Below are positions 1 to 12,807 of a stretch of 64,000 nt of DNA, piece by piece. Origin of the DNA: Eledone cirrhosa (lineage: Eukaryota); contig OZ024741.1 in NCBI GenBank assembly GCA_964016885.1, positions 326,988,001-327,052,000 on the forward strand, in the 5' to 3' direction. How positions within the stretch are numbered: position 1 is the first letter of the stretch; each line of letters begins with the position of its first letter. The notes beneath the pieces are model-generated. The model saw nothing but the letters and a program-made list of their open reading frames with translations, did no database searches and was not told the DNA's origin. Both the position numbers and the translations under genes were made by a program.

Positions 1-10
1 ATTTGATCTA

Positions 11-92
11 ATCTCTCGCTGAGGAAAGCCTACGGATTATCTATTACAAACAGAAAATTCAGGGCGAAACAGATTAAATCTGTCCGAGAGAT
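11..92 (+). ncRNA. Type I hammerhead ribozyme, complete
   Basis: Stem I ATCTCTCG(11-18)/CGAGAGAT(85-92); core CTGAGGA(19-25); stem II GCCT/GGGC with ~30-nt loop; GAAA(66-69); stem III CAGAT-TAA-ATCTG; GTC site, cleavage predicted after C84. Confidence 0.85.
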
Positions 93-555
93 GAAATAGT
101 TATTGTGACGGCCTGTATATATCTATTCTATACTTTCCGTTTGCTTCCGATTAAATTTATCAAACCAATGTGGTCTTTCAACCCTCGGAATTTTAGACAC
201 ACGATTTACTGTGTTTATTTTTATATATATTATTTATATATACTTTGAGTATTTATACGTTGAGCTTGTTAATTATAGGGTATCAATATGAGTTAGTAAC
301 TCTGTATTTTATTTTCATGTATGTATATATGTATTTAAAAATGTATATGTGTATGTATGTATGTTTGTATATATATATATGTATGAATCTTTATATGCAT
401 ATGTGAATGTATATGTGTGTATCTGTAGGTTCACCCGGGTGAGCACTCGATGTTTAGGTTCACTTCAGTGTCGAGGTGTAGAGTTAGACAGAGTGTATTA
501 TAGTGAAATAAAATAACAAGGACGATTGGTTACTCCTTCATTACGTTTAGTGGTT

Positions 556-640
556 GGTGACGCGCGTTTCGCCACTGATCGACTCAAGGTTTGATCTGTA
601 ATCGATCACCCTGCTCTGTAATCCGCGACTCGTCAGCCCC
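556..640 (-). ncRNA. Type I hammerhead ribozyme with long stem II insert
   Basis: Minus strand: GGGG CTGACGA GTCGC...GTGGC GAAA CGCGCG TC ACC; palindromic stem III as in PLE-associated HHRs; stem I weak. Confidence 0.7.
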
Positions 641-697
641 CTTGTAATGGTAATGGAAAAATGAATATATATATACACAGTATATATATATATATAA

Positions 698-1056
698 TGT
701 CAGGTCACTCTCGAGTGCTACTGGTAACATGTAACATAGTACAACCTGTCTCATGGTCGGGTCGTCGGTGATTAAACCAACAATCCCACCAAGCTTGCTT
801 GATGAGGAGTGTGATGTGTGGACACCCTGCGGGATAAAATAAAAGACCAATCAAAGGGCGGAGAACTGAGCAGAGTCAACGGCCATCCAAATAGTAGTAG
901 TACTTTTTTTTTCACCTGGGAGTAAAAGGCCCGCATTTGTTGTCACAAAACCTTTTTAAGAGAGGGGAACTCTGGAATAAAAAAAACCTGCGGCTTCAAA
1001 AGCATATGGTGATGTTGACCAGTTCTCCTTTCCTTTTCGGTTAATGTTTTCGATGC

Positions 1057-1060
<4 letters not shown>
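698..1060 (+). mobile_element. Possible non-LTR retrotransposon 5' UTR fragment between (TA)n tracts
   Basis: GC-richer island bounded by microsatellites; resemblance to RTE-type leaders is by impression only, no ORF. Confidence 0.2.
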
Positions 1061-1115
<55 letters not shown>

Positions 1116-1339
1116 TTGGTGTGCAATGCCTAAAGCCTCCGTAAGCGGTATGCCATTTGAGCACTCGATGCTCTTACAGAGCAGAGTATAATATCACACA
1201 AGAAACGGAGAATCAGTGATGCTACGAATATGATTTATTAGACATATTACAATCGCTTCTCTGGTGACCAGCTCGAGTCACGCTCGATGCAATATTCAAA
1301 CCTGACTCTAAAATCACAAGATATCTCTCGATTCTTATC

Positions 1340-1403
<64 letters not shown>

Positions 1404-1430
1404 GAATAAAAATAGACCGAGAAACAAAAA

Positions 1431-1534
1431 TGTCCGTCATCAGTAGCCTACTGATTATCATTGGTATTTCTTCGCATTAAAGACTAGATACCTAAAATCA
1501 GTGCGAGCGATAACTAAATTAAGTTATCGGGACA
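1431..1534 (-). ncRNA. Non-canonically ordered hammerhead-like motif, copy C (partial inverted duplicate at ~1578-1650)
   Basis: TGTCC-hairpin-C-TCGCA-CTGATT-TTA-GGTAT-C-TAGTC-TTTAA-TGCGA-A-GAA-ATACC-AAT-GAT-AATCAG-TA-GGCTA-CTGATGA-C-GGACA; homologous to 5289-5391 and 43098-43201. Confidence 0.65.
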
Positions 1535-1692
1535 GAGGAAAACAGAGGAAAGGAAACAAACAACATGGAAGTAATGCAGCGAAGAAATACCAATGATAAT
1601 CAGCAGACTACTGATGACGGACATTCTTGTTTCTCGGTCTATTTTTATTCATATGTTCATATTCGCAAAAACGCTGCACGCCATTTTTCATT

Positions 1693-1904
<212 letters not shown>

Positions 1905-2201
1905 ATAATGCTCCTGAAATGTTGAGCACTTCAAAATGTAATAATGAACAGCGGCATGGGACTGAATATATCTAACCACAATTCGAACTTTGGCTACCCG
2001 GTGTTTTCGCCTGGCCCATTGCTACTCCCCTCTCAGAATATTCGAACTTCGACGAAACTCCACGGATTAGACCATAACATGTATTGTACTGCACTGTATT
2101 AACAAAATGGCTACTCTATACTTCTGGGCATGTATAACTCACACTGAACTCCCAGACTCGAACACACACTGTTTCCACATCTATATGCATTATCTGACTG
2201 C

Positions 2202-2885
2202 AACTTGAACTATATTGTATTTCTCCTGTGTCTTGAACTCTCCATTTAATAGACAACGACTTTGTTTGTTTATTTATATCTTTACATCTTTATTTGCTGT
2301 ATTAATGCTTCTCCACGTATTCTACCTCTATATATCCATGTACTTTCTACTTCCCTTATTCGGACTTTTACTCGCGTGTACCCTTAGCACACGTCACTGG
2401 AATATCTCCCCCTGGGAACATAAATACCGCAACCTGAACTATATTGTATTTCTCCTGTGTCTTGAACTCTACTTTTACTAGACAACGACTATTGTTTGTT
2501 TATGTATATCTTCACATCTTTATTTGCTGTATTAATGCCTTTCCACGTACTCTACCTTTATACATACATGTACTTTTTACTTCCCTTATTCGGACTTTTA
2601 CTCGCGTGCACCCTTAGCACACGACACAGGATTGCCCCCCCCCCCCCGGAACATAAATACTGCAACCTGAACTATATTGTAATTCTCCTATGTCTTGATT
2701 TCTCCATCTTACTCCAACACCACTCTTGTTGGTTTATTTACATATGTATACCTATATATTGATATGTTTATATATTTATACCTCTGCTGTACCAATGTGC
2801 TCTTCCACGTTTTCCACTTCTATGTATCCATGTATTTCTACTCCTCAGCACACGACACTAGAATGTCTCCTCCTGAGAACAAAAA
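2202..2885. repeat. Degenerate tandem repeat, ~230-bp unit, 3 copies
   Basis: AAC(T/C)TGAACTATATTGTA recurs at ~2202, 2431 and 2665 with colinear downstream sequence. Confidence 0.85.
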
Positions 2886-3133
2886 TTAAACATTACACGA
2901 CTATATCCCGTACTCTACATCCCACTAGGATAAATTACAGATCTACATAATACAATTAACGTTCCTTCATAAAAGACTCTATTTAATTAAACCCCGCAAC
3001 CCAAAACCTCATAGAAGTTATTTGAATGTTTAATCTTCAATTTTCTGTTTGTTCAATTCTCAATCTTCTTACTCCTTAGTTTTATAATGTTATTCTGAAT
3101 TCTTTCAACTTCATCCGATAGAGTTAAGCAACA

Positions 3134-4530
3134 TTTTAAAGTTCCAACTTTCTGTCGGACTGTTGGGTGGGTTTTAATGGCGGCGCGACCAGCTCCCTGG
3201 TGCACGAGCTTACCTGGAGTGCTTGGAAAAATAAATTTCCCCTTCTTTCGGTAAATGAAAAACCTGAAAATGTTAAACTGTTGAACTTTAAATTTTCTAA
3301 CCTCTTTAATATTGAATATTGATTATTAATTGTTTAACTTCATCCTATAGGTATAAACATTGTAACACACTGACTCCCAATATATTCACCTCTGCTAAGA
3401 TGCGGGTCCCTGTGAAAATTTTCTCGCGCCACTCCTGGCCTGACTGTGGTCTGACATTAATATCGACCTTCCTTCCTCTCTCTTTCTATCTTCCTTCTTG
3501 TAGCCATCAACAATTACTTTTCTACTTCTCTAATCAAAATTTTAAAGTTCCAACTTTCTGTCGGACTGTTGGGTGGGTTTTGATGGCGGCGCGACCAGCT
3601 CCCTGGCGCACGAGCTGACCTGGAGTGCTTGGAAAAATAAATTTCCCCTTCTTTCGGTAAATGAAATTCGCCATGGGACCCGGGGCGCGGCCGGTGTTTT
3701 AACCGCCACATAGTACCTTTAAATTACAGAACAATTCGGAACTATTAGATATATCAACCTGAAAGTGTTAAACTGTTGAACTTTAAATTGTCTAACCTCC
3801 TTAATATTGAATATTGATTATTAATTTTTTAACTTCATCCTATAAGTCTAAACATTGTAACACACTGACTCCCAATATATTCACCTCTGCTAAGATGCGG
3901 GTCCCTGTGAACATTTTCTCGCGTCACTGCTGGCCCGAGTGTGGTGTGACATTAATATCGACCTTCCTTCCTCTCTCTTTCTATCTTCCTTCTTGTAGCC
4001 ATCAACCATTACTCTACTACTTCTCTAAGCAAAATTTTAAAGTTCCAACTTTCTGTCGGACTGTTGGGTGGGTTTTAATGGCGGCACAACCAGCTGCCTG
4101 GCGCACGAGCTTACCTGGAGTGCTTGGAAAAATAAATTTCCCCTTCTTTCGGTAAATGAAAATACTCGGCGTAGCTTAATTCGCCATGGGGCCCGGGGCG
4201 CGGCCGGTGTTTTAACCGCCACATAGTACCTTTAAATTACAGAACAAATCGGAACTATTATATAATAAAATGTTAAATGTTGAACTTTAAATTTTCTAAC
4301 CTCTTTAATATTGAATATTGATTATTAAATTTTTTTAACTTCATCCTAGAAGTCTAAACACTGTAACACACTGACTCCCAATATATTCACCTCTGCTAAG
4401 ATGCGGGTCCCTGTGAACATTTTCTCGCGCCACTCCTGGCCTGACTGTGGTCTGACATTAATCTCGACCTTTCTTCCTCTTTCTTTCTATCTTCCTTCTT
4501 GTAGCCATCAACCCTTACTTTTCTACTTCT
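3134..4530. repeat. GC-rich tandem repeat, ~495-510-bp unit, ~3 copies (first internally deleted)
   Basis: TTTTAAAGTTCCAACTTTCTGTCGG at ~3134, 3540, 4035; CTCTGCTAAGATGCGGGTCCC at ~3390, 3885, 4391. Confidence 0.9.
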
Positions 4531-5170
4531 CTCTTCTCTTCCTTCTCTTCTCCCCTCTTCCTGTCTTCCTCCCGCAGAATAATCTTCCTTCCCCCTCTTG
4601 CTTACCTATATCTGACCGGTAGTAGTTGCCTTTCTTCTTTTAGCTGACATTAACCCTGGCTTCTCTTCTTCCTTCTTCCCCCTTCTTCTCTCTCCTTCCT
4701 TTCTTTCTTTCTTTTACCTTGTGTCATGAGATTGACGCTAACTTATGTTCCCATCCCTTTCTGTTTTCGTTTATCTGACCGGTAGTAGCATACTATAAAC
4801 TTTAGCCACGTCACTCCAGGGCGACCGGCTGAGGTTGAAGGAACAGAATAGCGGTCGCCCTCGGGTCCTCGATTTTCAGCCCCATGGATTTTATCTATTA
4901 CATTCACGTATTATATTTCGAATACCTGATGATATCACCGGATTCATACGGAACCCGGTCATTGAAATGATCATAGTATAATAAACCTTTCAAGGATTTA
5001 CACAAATCCAGCCTCCTGTCATTTCATTATAATATTTAACTCCGTAATAGCACCACCAACTACAAAAACAAAGACGGTTGAACTGCCTTACGTTGAGTAC
5101 TCTCTATATTATTGCATTACGATTGACCATACGGAATATACCAGCTCTATACAGTGGTGAACCTCAAACC

Positions 5171-5231
<61 letters not shown>

Positions 5232-5900
5232 GTAAATATGATAATAATGGAGCTGCGGCGCTGCAAATGGGTTACATATGAAAAAGTTTGTCCACATCAG
5301 TGGCCTTCCAACCGTCGTAGGCATTTCGTCGCATTAAAGGCCATATACCTCAGGTTGGTGCGAGCAACGGCTAAAAAAAGTCGTTGGGACACGTAAATAA
5401 GGGGGACGCTAGGGTAAACAAACAAAATGGTTTAAGCAACAGAAAGTGATGAAGAAGAAACAAGTCCCAGATTTCTATGAATATAAATTCGGTGGAATCG
5501 TGAACGAGAGAATAAAGACCATCAAACCTGGTTGAAATGTGAGCAAGGAAGGAATTTCGCACACGTCTAACGGGAGGAAGAAGGGGTCTGGTCTGCGAAT
5601 TCGGTAAACATAAGTTCTGTGAAATCGCAGACGAGAGAGAGAGAGACAAAATTCATACCGGCTTGGACAAGTGCCCGCGAGAAAAGGATTACGGACAGGT
5701 CAAACGGGAAGAAAGGGGAGCAGGAGAGGTAGTAACAGAGAGTGAGTGAGTGAAAGGTGAGGAAGAGGCTAACAGAGAGAGAGAGACTGCTAGAAAGGGT
5801 AAAGACACAAAGAACGAAACAGACTGGTGGCAGCGGAGGAAAAAATATATGTGTAAATATGATAATAATGGAGGTGCGGCGCTGCAAATGGGTTACATAT
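5232..5900 (-). mobile_element. ~620-bp non-coding element with ~47-bp terminal direct repeat, carrying motif copy A (5289-5391)
   Basis: GTAAATATGATAATAATGGAG(C/G)TGCGGCGCTGCAAATGGGTTACATAT at 5232-5279 and 5853-5900; flanked by (TA)n; homologous to 42670-43240. Confidence 0.7.
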
Positions 5901-5917
5901 ATATATATATATATATA

Positions 5918-6023
<106 letters not shown>

Positions 6024-6171
6024 AGTATGGTGCCAGGAGAAACAGGAATAAGTAATCAAGACAAATTGGTCATATTTATTGTGAGTTCATTCCTTAACAT
6101 ATGTTTCTATAAAATAAGGGTGATGTGACAAAAAAAATATACCGTTTATATATATATTTTTGTCACATCGC

Positions 6172-6255
6172 CAATCTGAAGAGAAGATCGATAATGGAGT
6201 CGGTCCATAACTCCTATTTGCGAACTTGAGCCGATCTGCGAAACGCGCGTAACAG
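6172..6255 (+). ncRNA. Hammerhead motif with long stem II (stem I decayed)
   Basis: CTGAAGA(6176-6182) GAAGATCG...CGATCTGC GAAA CGCGCG TA; resembles the 556-640 copy. Confidence 0.6.
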
Positions 6256-6483
6256 GTCGATACACAATAAATATCTTATACATGTAAACGAAACTTCCTC
6301 GTATTTTCTAATATATACACTCTGCCTGTGCATAGAGTGCTTGTTTTGTTACGACCACTAGCAATTCCCTGAATCACCTACACACACTCTCTCTCATTCT
6401 GTCTCTATCTCTCTTCCTCTCTCTCTATTTATCTCTCACCCTCTCTCTCTCTCTCTCTCCTTCTCTCTCTCTATCTATCTCTT

Positions 6484-6525
<42 letters not shown>

Positions 6526-7939
6526 AGGAGAGAGAGAGAGAGAGAGGGTGAGAGATAAATAGAGAGAGAGGGAGAGAGATAGAGACAGAATGAGAGAGAG
6601 TGTGTGTAGGTGATTCAGGGAATTGCGAGACGTAATTAGGCAAGACGAAATAAGAAGCTCTAAAAAAGGTGGTGGTGAAAGAATAAATAATCGGGAAGAA
6701 GAAACAGCATGATATGATAAATAGGAAGTAGAAGATGGAATATAAGACGATGTAGTAAGAACGTAAATTGGAAAAATATAGTGTAAGTAGGAAGAAATTG
6801 ATAACGGCTAAAGCAAAAAGAGTAGTGTTAGGGTTCATAAAGAATTTCAGTATATTTCAATTTAGTGACGATGTGTTCAGTAAATACATATAGATGGATG
6901 TATGCTGATAACTTACATGACCTGTGGGTTTGAGAAGAATATTATTCCATGGCGGTGTTGGAATTGGTTAAAAGCATTTTGTTTTATTTCGATGGGGATT
7001 AGCTTATCATACATATTTCGGTTCATAAATTTAAAAGAAAATAGGTGGGAGTGCGTTTTTTGTTTATTAGATGAAGTCCGATAAAGTTTATGATTTATTT
7101 ATATGTATGAAGTTTATTGGCAATATACATGCAACTTACATAAAACCATACAACCATGTACACACACACACACACACTCACACACACACACACACACTCA
7201 CGTACACACATACACACACTCACACCCACACACCCACACACACATACATACAAACACACAAGACAACACATGCGTATATCTGTGTGGTGTGTGTGTTTGT
7301 GTTTATGTATATGTTTGTAGACTTATTAGTGTGGGCATGTATATGATCTCTCACACCTGCAGATTCATGTATTAACAAACACACATGTACTTACGAATAC
7401 ATGTACATAAGTATGTTTGTACCTCAATACACTAGCATAATGCACGGCCACTGAACTGCAGCACACAAATTATTAATTTTGTAAAATAACATATTCACCA
7501 AACATCTGATAAGGAAAAGTACGCCTATTTTTTCCTTTTTTCCATATAAATCTGATATTAAAATCTATAGATCAAATCATTCGAGAACTTGCAAACACAT
7601 CTTTTTTTATTGGCATCGACATAAACAAAACCCGTAAAAACCCATCCTAAACGTTTTCCTAGATTATATTCGGCTTGTCTATAGCTGCAAGTCATGCGAT
7701 ATAGGTCTAATATATATGTGTGGTCTGGTAATTCCTGGGGTAGTCGTAGGAAGACGTATTGATATACGGCATTTCTAGGGCACATTCAAATCTGGTGGAG
7801 CCCATTTTCTTTCCAAGCCAGTGAAGGAGAGAGAGAGAGATAGAGAAAGATGTAGAGAGATATAGACAGACAGACAGACAGACAGACAGAGAGACCGAGA
7901 GAGGGAGAATGGAAGCGAGAAATATATATAGAAGGAGTT

Positions 7940-8090
7940 CACCCCCAGTACAATACTGCTACATTTTTCTCGAGCTTGAATGGAAGAAAGAAGTTAACCT
8001 CGGCGGAATTTGAATTCAGAGAGCAGAGAGCCAAAATGAATACCACAAAGCATTGTATCCGACGTTCTAGCGACTCTGATCTAACATATA
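7940..8090 (-). mobile_element. tRNA-derived SINE, family A, degenerate
   Basis: AAGTTAACCTCGGCGGAATTTGAATTCAG, shared with other family A copies (B box on minus strand). Confidence 0.65.
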
Positions 8091-8126
8091 CATCCACAGT
8101 CATTTTCGGCGCACATATCATTAATT

Positions 8127-8300
8127 GCGTAGCTAAGGTGATAGTGTGTTCTACTCACGAATGTAGTTCTTGAGTTCAATTCCAAGCCGTCGTTGTGTCG
8201 CTTAGCAAGGCGTTTTATTTCATTATCATGCAGTCCACTTGTCTTTTGCAGTAGCCTCGAACTGAGTGTTGCCTAGTGAGTGAAAATTATAGCCGTAAAA
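8127..8300 (+). mobile_element. tRNA-derived SINE, family B, degenerate
   Basis: A-box-like TAGCTAAGGTGA, B box GAGTTCAATTCC, then TTGTGTCGCTTAGCAAGGCGTTTTATTTCA as in 35890-36230. Confidence 0.6.
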
Positions 8301-8885
8301 ATCTTGATACCTGTCAACGTATCCTTTCTCGTTATGTTTAAAGGAATCTATAAACAAAGGCAATCCATATGTGAACATTTCGTATCATTAGGAAGGAAGA
8401 AGGACTAATTTATCTAATGTACTCCCTTCCTACTTAAGACAATAATGCGTCGTTTCATAGAGTTTCTCTGGTTAATTTTTTTCTTAGGAGAACGAGAGGC
8501 CGCATAGATATTGCGTGCCCTGCTGAAAATTCACATTAGAAATAAGATGGACAGTGGATGACATAATTTGTATAGCGATAAGGAAATTAGCTGGCATGGA
8601 TTTAGTTATAACCCTTCATTTTTACGTCGTCAAGGACGGTTTGGCTTTGATCTTTACCGCAGTCAATAAAATATATTACCATGCATGTGTGGGAATTGAT
8701 ATAATTAACTATATAACACAATAATCGAATATACTATACACTTTATGAGCTAGAGCATTTATTAGAAATCGTTATTTAGTTACACCTTATCATTTTCTGT
8801 GTTCCTAGGTCGACTTGCCCTTCATCATTGACTATCATACCAATACTAAATCTAATATGATAATAATAACGACAATAATAATAAT

Positions 8886-9092
8886 GGTTTCTTATACAAG
8901 CAAAAGGCCAATTTGGGGTGGAAGTCGATTAAATCTAATCCACTGCCTTACTGTTACTTTATTTTTTCGACCCCGTAAGGATGAAATGCAAATCTAACGT
9001 CGGCGGAAATGAACTCAGAACATAAAGGGCCGTAACGCTATGCTACACAACATATTGTCCGGGGCCCTACCGATACTGCCAATCCACCGCCG
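8886..9092 (-). mobile_element. tRNA-derived SINE, family A
   Basis: Reverse complement begins GGCGGTGGATTGGCAGTATCGGTAG; CTGAGTTCATTTCCGCCGA B box; CATCCTTACGGGGTCGA core. Confidence 0.85.
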
Positions 9093-9096
9093 TGGT

Positions 9097-9291
9097 GAAG
9101 AAGAAGAAGAAGAAGAAGAAGAAGAAGAAGAAGAAGAAGAAGAAGAAGAAGAAGAAGAAGAAGAAGAAGAAGAAGAAGAAGAAGAAGAAGAAGAAGAAGA
9201 AGAAGAAGAAGAAGAAGAAGAAGAAGAAGAAGAAGAAGAAGAAGAAGAAGAAGAAGAAGAAGAAGAAGAAGAAGAAGAAGAAGAAGAAGAA
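9097..9291. repeat. (GAA)~65 microsatellite
   Basis: Uninterrupted trinucleotide run; explains the poly-E/K/S/L/F ORFs. Confidence 0.98.
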
Positions 9292-10004
9292 CGGACAACA
9301 CATGCTATTTTGGTGAGTAAGATTTTGCTAATTTTTTTTCTTATTTCCAAACGTCCAAGTCCGCCGAAAATCCACCCCATTATCCTCCACAAACAACAAG
9401 GCAGAAGTTGTGAAATGTATATGTATTTTTATAGATTTTCCCCGAGAAAACGTTGTTTACAATTTATTTACATCTAAAATCTCGGGAAATTCAAAATGGT
9501 TAAATTCAAATTTTGAGAAGAAAACGGAAGTACAATAAAAACCCATACAAAGAGATATAATCGTCTACTTTCATCACAGGCCTCACACCATATTTGCCTT
9601 CACTGTCACATGTAACCTAGTGGTCGTTATAATGCCAGACAGTCCTCTATCTACTTATAGACTAAAGTCACTGATCTTGAAACGTTAATTTCAATCAGTA
9701 ATGAACAGGCAACTTGCTACAAGATCCCTGGTACAGGATTGTATCTTTGCTTGCTCAATATTTCCATGTGAGATGGAATGGCTCTTCCAGCGCATAATCC
9801 TTTACCATCCTCGCGAGGAAACCATTCAATCCGCCGGGGCGGCTGTGGGGCGGCCAGTACGTGGGACCCCATTGCACCTGTCAAGACTTTTTATTTCCAT
9901 CTTAATTTTATTTCCATTTGATTTATTTCTATTACTATTATTATTGCTCTTGTTTGCCTCATATTTCCATTTATCTGTAGTTATCTTTTTCTTTTCTTTC
10001 TTCA

Positions 10005-10048
<44 letters not shown>

Positions 10049-10284
10049 TACATCTGTGTTGAAAAGACATACTACACAAAAGCAACAACAAAATAAAAAA
10101 AAGCAATCAATAAACATGTCATTTATACCACACCTGCAACAAGAACAATAAGAAAACAAAAAAAAATTTACAAAACACACGTAAAAGAAGCAACTCAATG
10201 AGTTGCGATGCCATTCATGTCATTACCAGTTCCAACGCCAACATCAATTTCCATATAACAATTATAAACATGGCTAACTTAGAC

Positions 10285-10470
10285 ACAAAACCAGCTACGT
10301 AGGGGAAGATGAAAGTTGCTTATATCATCCCGTATACATAACTGGTATTTATTTTATCCTGAAAGATGAAATGTAAAGTGACCTCAGTGTCGTTTGAACT
10401 CAGAACGTAAAAGCCGGGAGGAAAATAGCACAAAAACATTGTGACCGTGTCTTTGACATATCTAACTATC
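10285..10470 (-). mobile_element. tRNA-derived SINE, family A, degenerate
   Basis: CTGGTATTTATTTTATC...GATGAAATGTAAAGTGACCTCAGTGTCGTTTGAACTCAGAACGTAAA. Confidence 0.7.
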
Positions 10471-10513
10471 TACTGTAACCCAGCATGTATATAATCTGAA
10501 AAGAAGACAGATT

Positions 10514-10550
10514 CTCTTCTGATGAAGGAATACTATCCGAAATATTGACG
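10514..10550 (+). ncRNA. Minimal hammerhead remnant
   Basis: CTGATGA A GGA-ATACTA-TCC GAAA TATT; same layout as 30191-30226; stem I and cleavage side decayed. Confidence 0.45.
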
Positions 10551-10670
10551 CTACGCTCATTCGTAATTTACAGTATTATACTAATAACTATATCCAATGT
10601 ATTCATTTCTGTTTTCGTTCTTTAGTGTTCTCTTCTGTTCTTAATTCATCTTTCATTAAATAACCTAAAT

Positions 10671-10801
<131 letters not shown>

Positions 10802-10873
10802 GATGGTGGCGGTAAAATCCAGTTAGACCATTACTCCCCAGGGTACTCGGCACGTGGAGTAGTAGAGTGGATA

Positions 10874-10904
<31 letters not shown>

Positions 10905-11309
10905 TTTATAGTAGAAATATATGTGAGTGTTTTTGTGTGCCTGAGTATTTGTGTGTGTGTCTGTATGTGTATATGTTTGTGTGTGTGGCTGTCTGTATGT
11001 ATGTGTGTACGTGGATCAGTTTTTGTTGTTTCTTTATTTCATTCATTCGTCTTTTACATTAAACCTCCTCAACACCAAATTTGCTGGAATTAAAATTATT
11101 CCAGCGGGATTATCAAACTATTATCTCCTACAGATGTCACCGCTGTTTAAATGGAAAACTAAAAGAATTTTCACTAAAATTATAATTTGTTCACATTTAT
11201 TATTTATTATCTTTTATTTATATTTTGTCTTGTCAAACGGAATTTCTTTCGAATGTTCATGTTTTTCCATTCACTTGACACTGACAATCACATTGGCTTC
11301 TCCGCCGGT

Positions 11310-11502
11310 CGGCTCAAAAGTTGATAGGCTGAAAAGCTCATAGGTTGAGCAACATTAAGATACTATCATGGAATGACCAAATATGGTTTACTTTTCAACA
11401 TATTCCCTGAAATGAAACAGCGCACTTATTGTTAAGAAGAGTTCACAGATCAAGTATCACTCCTTCATAGTCAGGCGATCAACTTTTCAACGCTCCCACG
11501 TA
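11310..11502. mobile_element. Possible Tc1/mariner-type MITE remnant
   Basis: Imperfect inverted ends AAAAGTTGATAGGCTGA / TCAGGCGATCAACTTTT; right end finishes CCCACGTA. Confidence 0.35.
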
Positions 11503-11765
11503 GCATTCGGGATTCGCCGTTACAGGAACTAAGTGTTGAACCTCTGTCTGTACCAACAATGAGTGTGTCAGTGCATTCGATCAACGCAACACCCGACTCA
11601 TGAAATTATCTTGCAAATGGTTGACTATTGCACAGACATGTATACCTTTAATGTAATTCTCAAAGAATTTCATCGTGCCAGACTGTATTATAAGACTAGC
11701 ATTTTGAATTACATTTACAACGCATTTCCCCCAGCTGAGTTGGCTGCAGCAACTGTAGGTCATCA

Positions 11766-11859
<94 letters not shown>

Positions 11860-11949
11860 CTCTTTTACTCTTTTACCTGTTCCAGCCATCCGGCTGAGGC
11901 CATATATATAAATTAAAAGTAGAGTTAAAACCTCACATTAATCACCTAA

Positions 11950-12270
11950 AATTTAATTAGTTCAAGGAATAGATTCCGAGCTTATTGCAAATCAACATAT
12001 AGAAAGAACTACACATAGAGATATGTGTTTAATCATAAAGGATCAAAAACCATCAGAGTGACAAACATATTACCTACGGAACGAATGGTGAATATAAATC
12101 AATAAAAAGAATATATTAAAGAGTATTCACCATTTCTTCCGTATGTAATATGTTTGTCGCACTGGTGGTTTTTGATCCCTTATGATTAAACACATATCTC
12201 TATATGTACTTCTCTCTATATGTTGATTTATAAAGAGCTCGGAATCTATTCCTTGAGTTAATTAAATTAT
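11950..12270. repeat. Inverted repeat, ~145-bp arms, ~30-bp spacer
   Basis: TCAAGGAATAGATTCCGAGC...ATGGTGAATA mirrored by TATTCACCAT...GCTCGGAATCTATTCCTTGA. Confidence 0.9.
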
Positions 12271-12698
12271 ATGGGATTAATGTGATATTAGATGAAGACC
12301 TACCGTTGCGATAACACGGAATCAAGATCGGTCCTCTATTTTCTATTTTATTTTCTCTGTTTGTGTTCTCCAAAATCCTAGTCTCTCATATAACTAATTC
12401 GGATGACGAAACGAGGCCATGAAATATGCATAGCGTTTTCGTGAAATGAAAATTATAAAGTCTCCAGCCAGGCCTTCAGGTGTTGTTTTTAATTAATATT
12501 TCTCTCAGTTCCTGCTCCAACCACTGGATACCTCATCTCTGAAGGATGATCTTCATAACATCGAGTGCTTTAATTTATTATATCATTGCATTATCGTTTG
12601 TTAACCGGAATCACCAGTTCCACCCATTGGAAAAGAACATAACAGAAATGGTACACACACACACACACACACACATATACATATATGTATTTATATGC

Positions 12699-12741
<43 letters not shown>

Positions 12742-12807
12742 TATATAGATATATAGATATAGATAGGTAAATATACACGGGTGTGTATGATTGTGTATAG
12801 AAGATTA

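Noticed and set aside
1431-1534. SECIS or box C/D snoRNA reading of the novel motif
   Set aside because: The AUGA-like string lies on the 3' strand with no SECIS apical AA loop, and there is no 5' box C. The adjacency of core nucleotides to stems fits a hammerhead better, though a snoRNA origin is not fully excluded.
3209-3220. CTTACCTGG resembling the U1 snRNA 5' end
   Set aside because: Only 9 nt match; no U1 stem-loops or Sm site follow.
7558-7785. 75-aa minus-strand ORF as a host exon
   Set aside because: No recognisable domain or convincing splice context; cannot be supported without homology or RNA data.
9015-9477. Poly-E/K/S/L/F ORFs
   Set aside because: All arise from the (GAA)n microsatellite.
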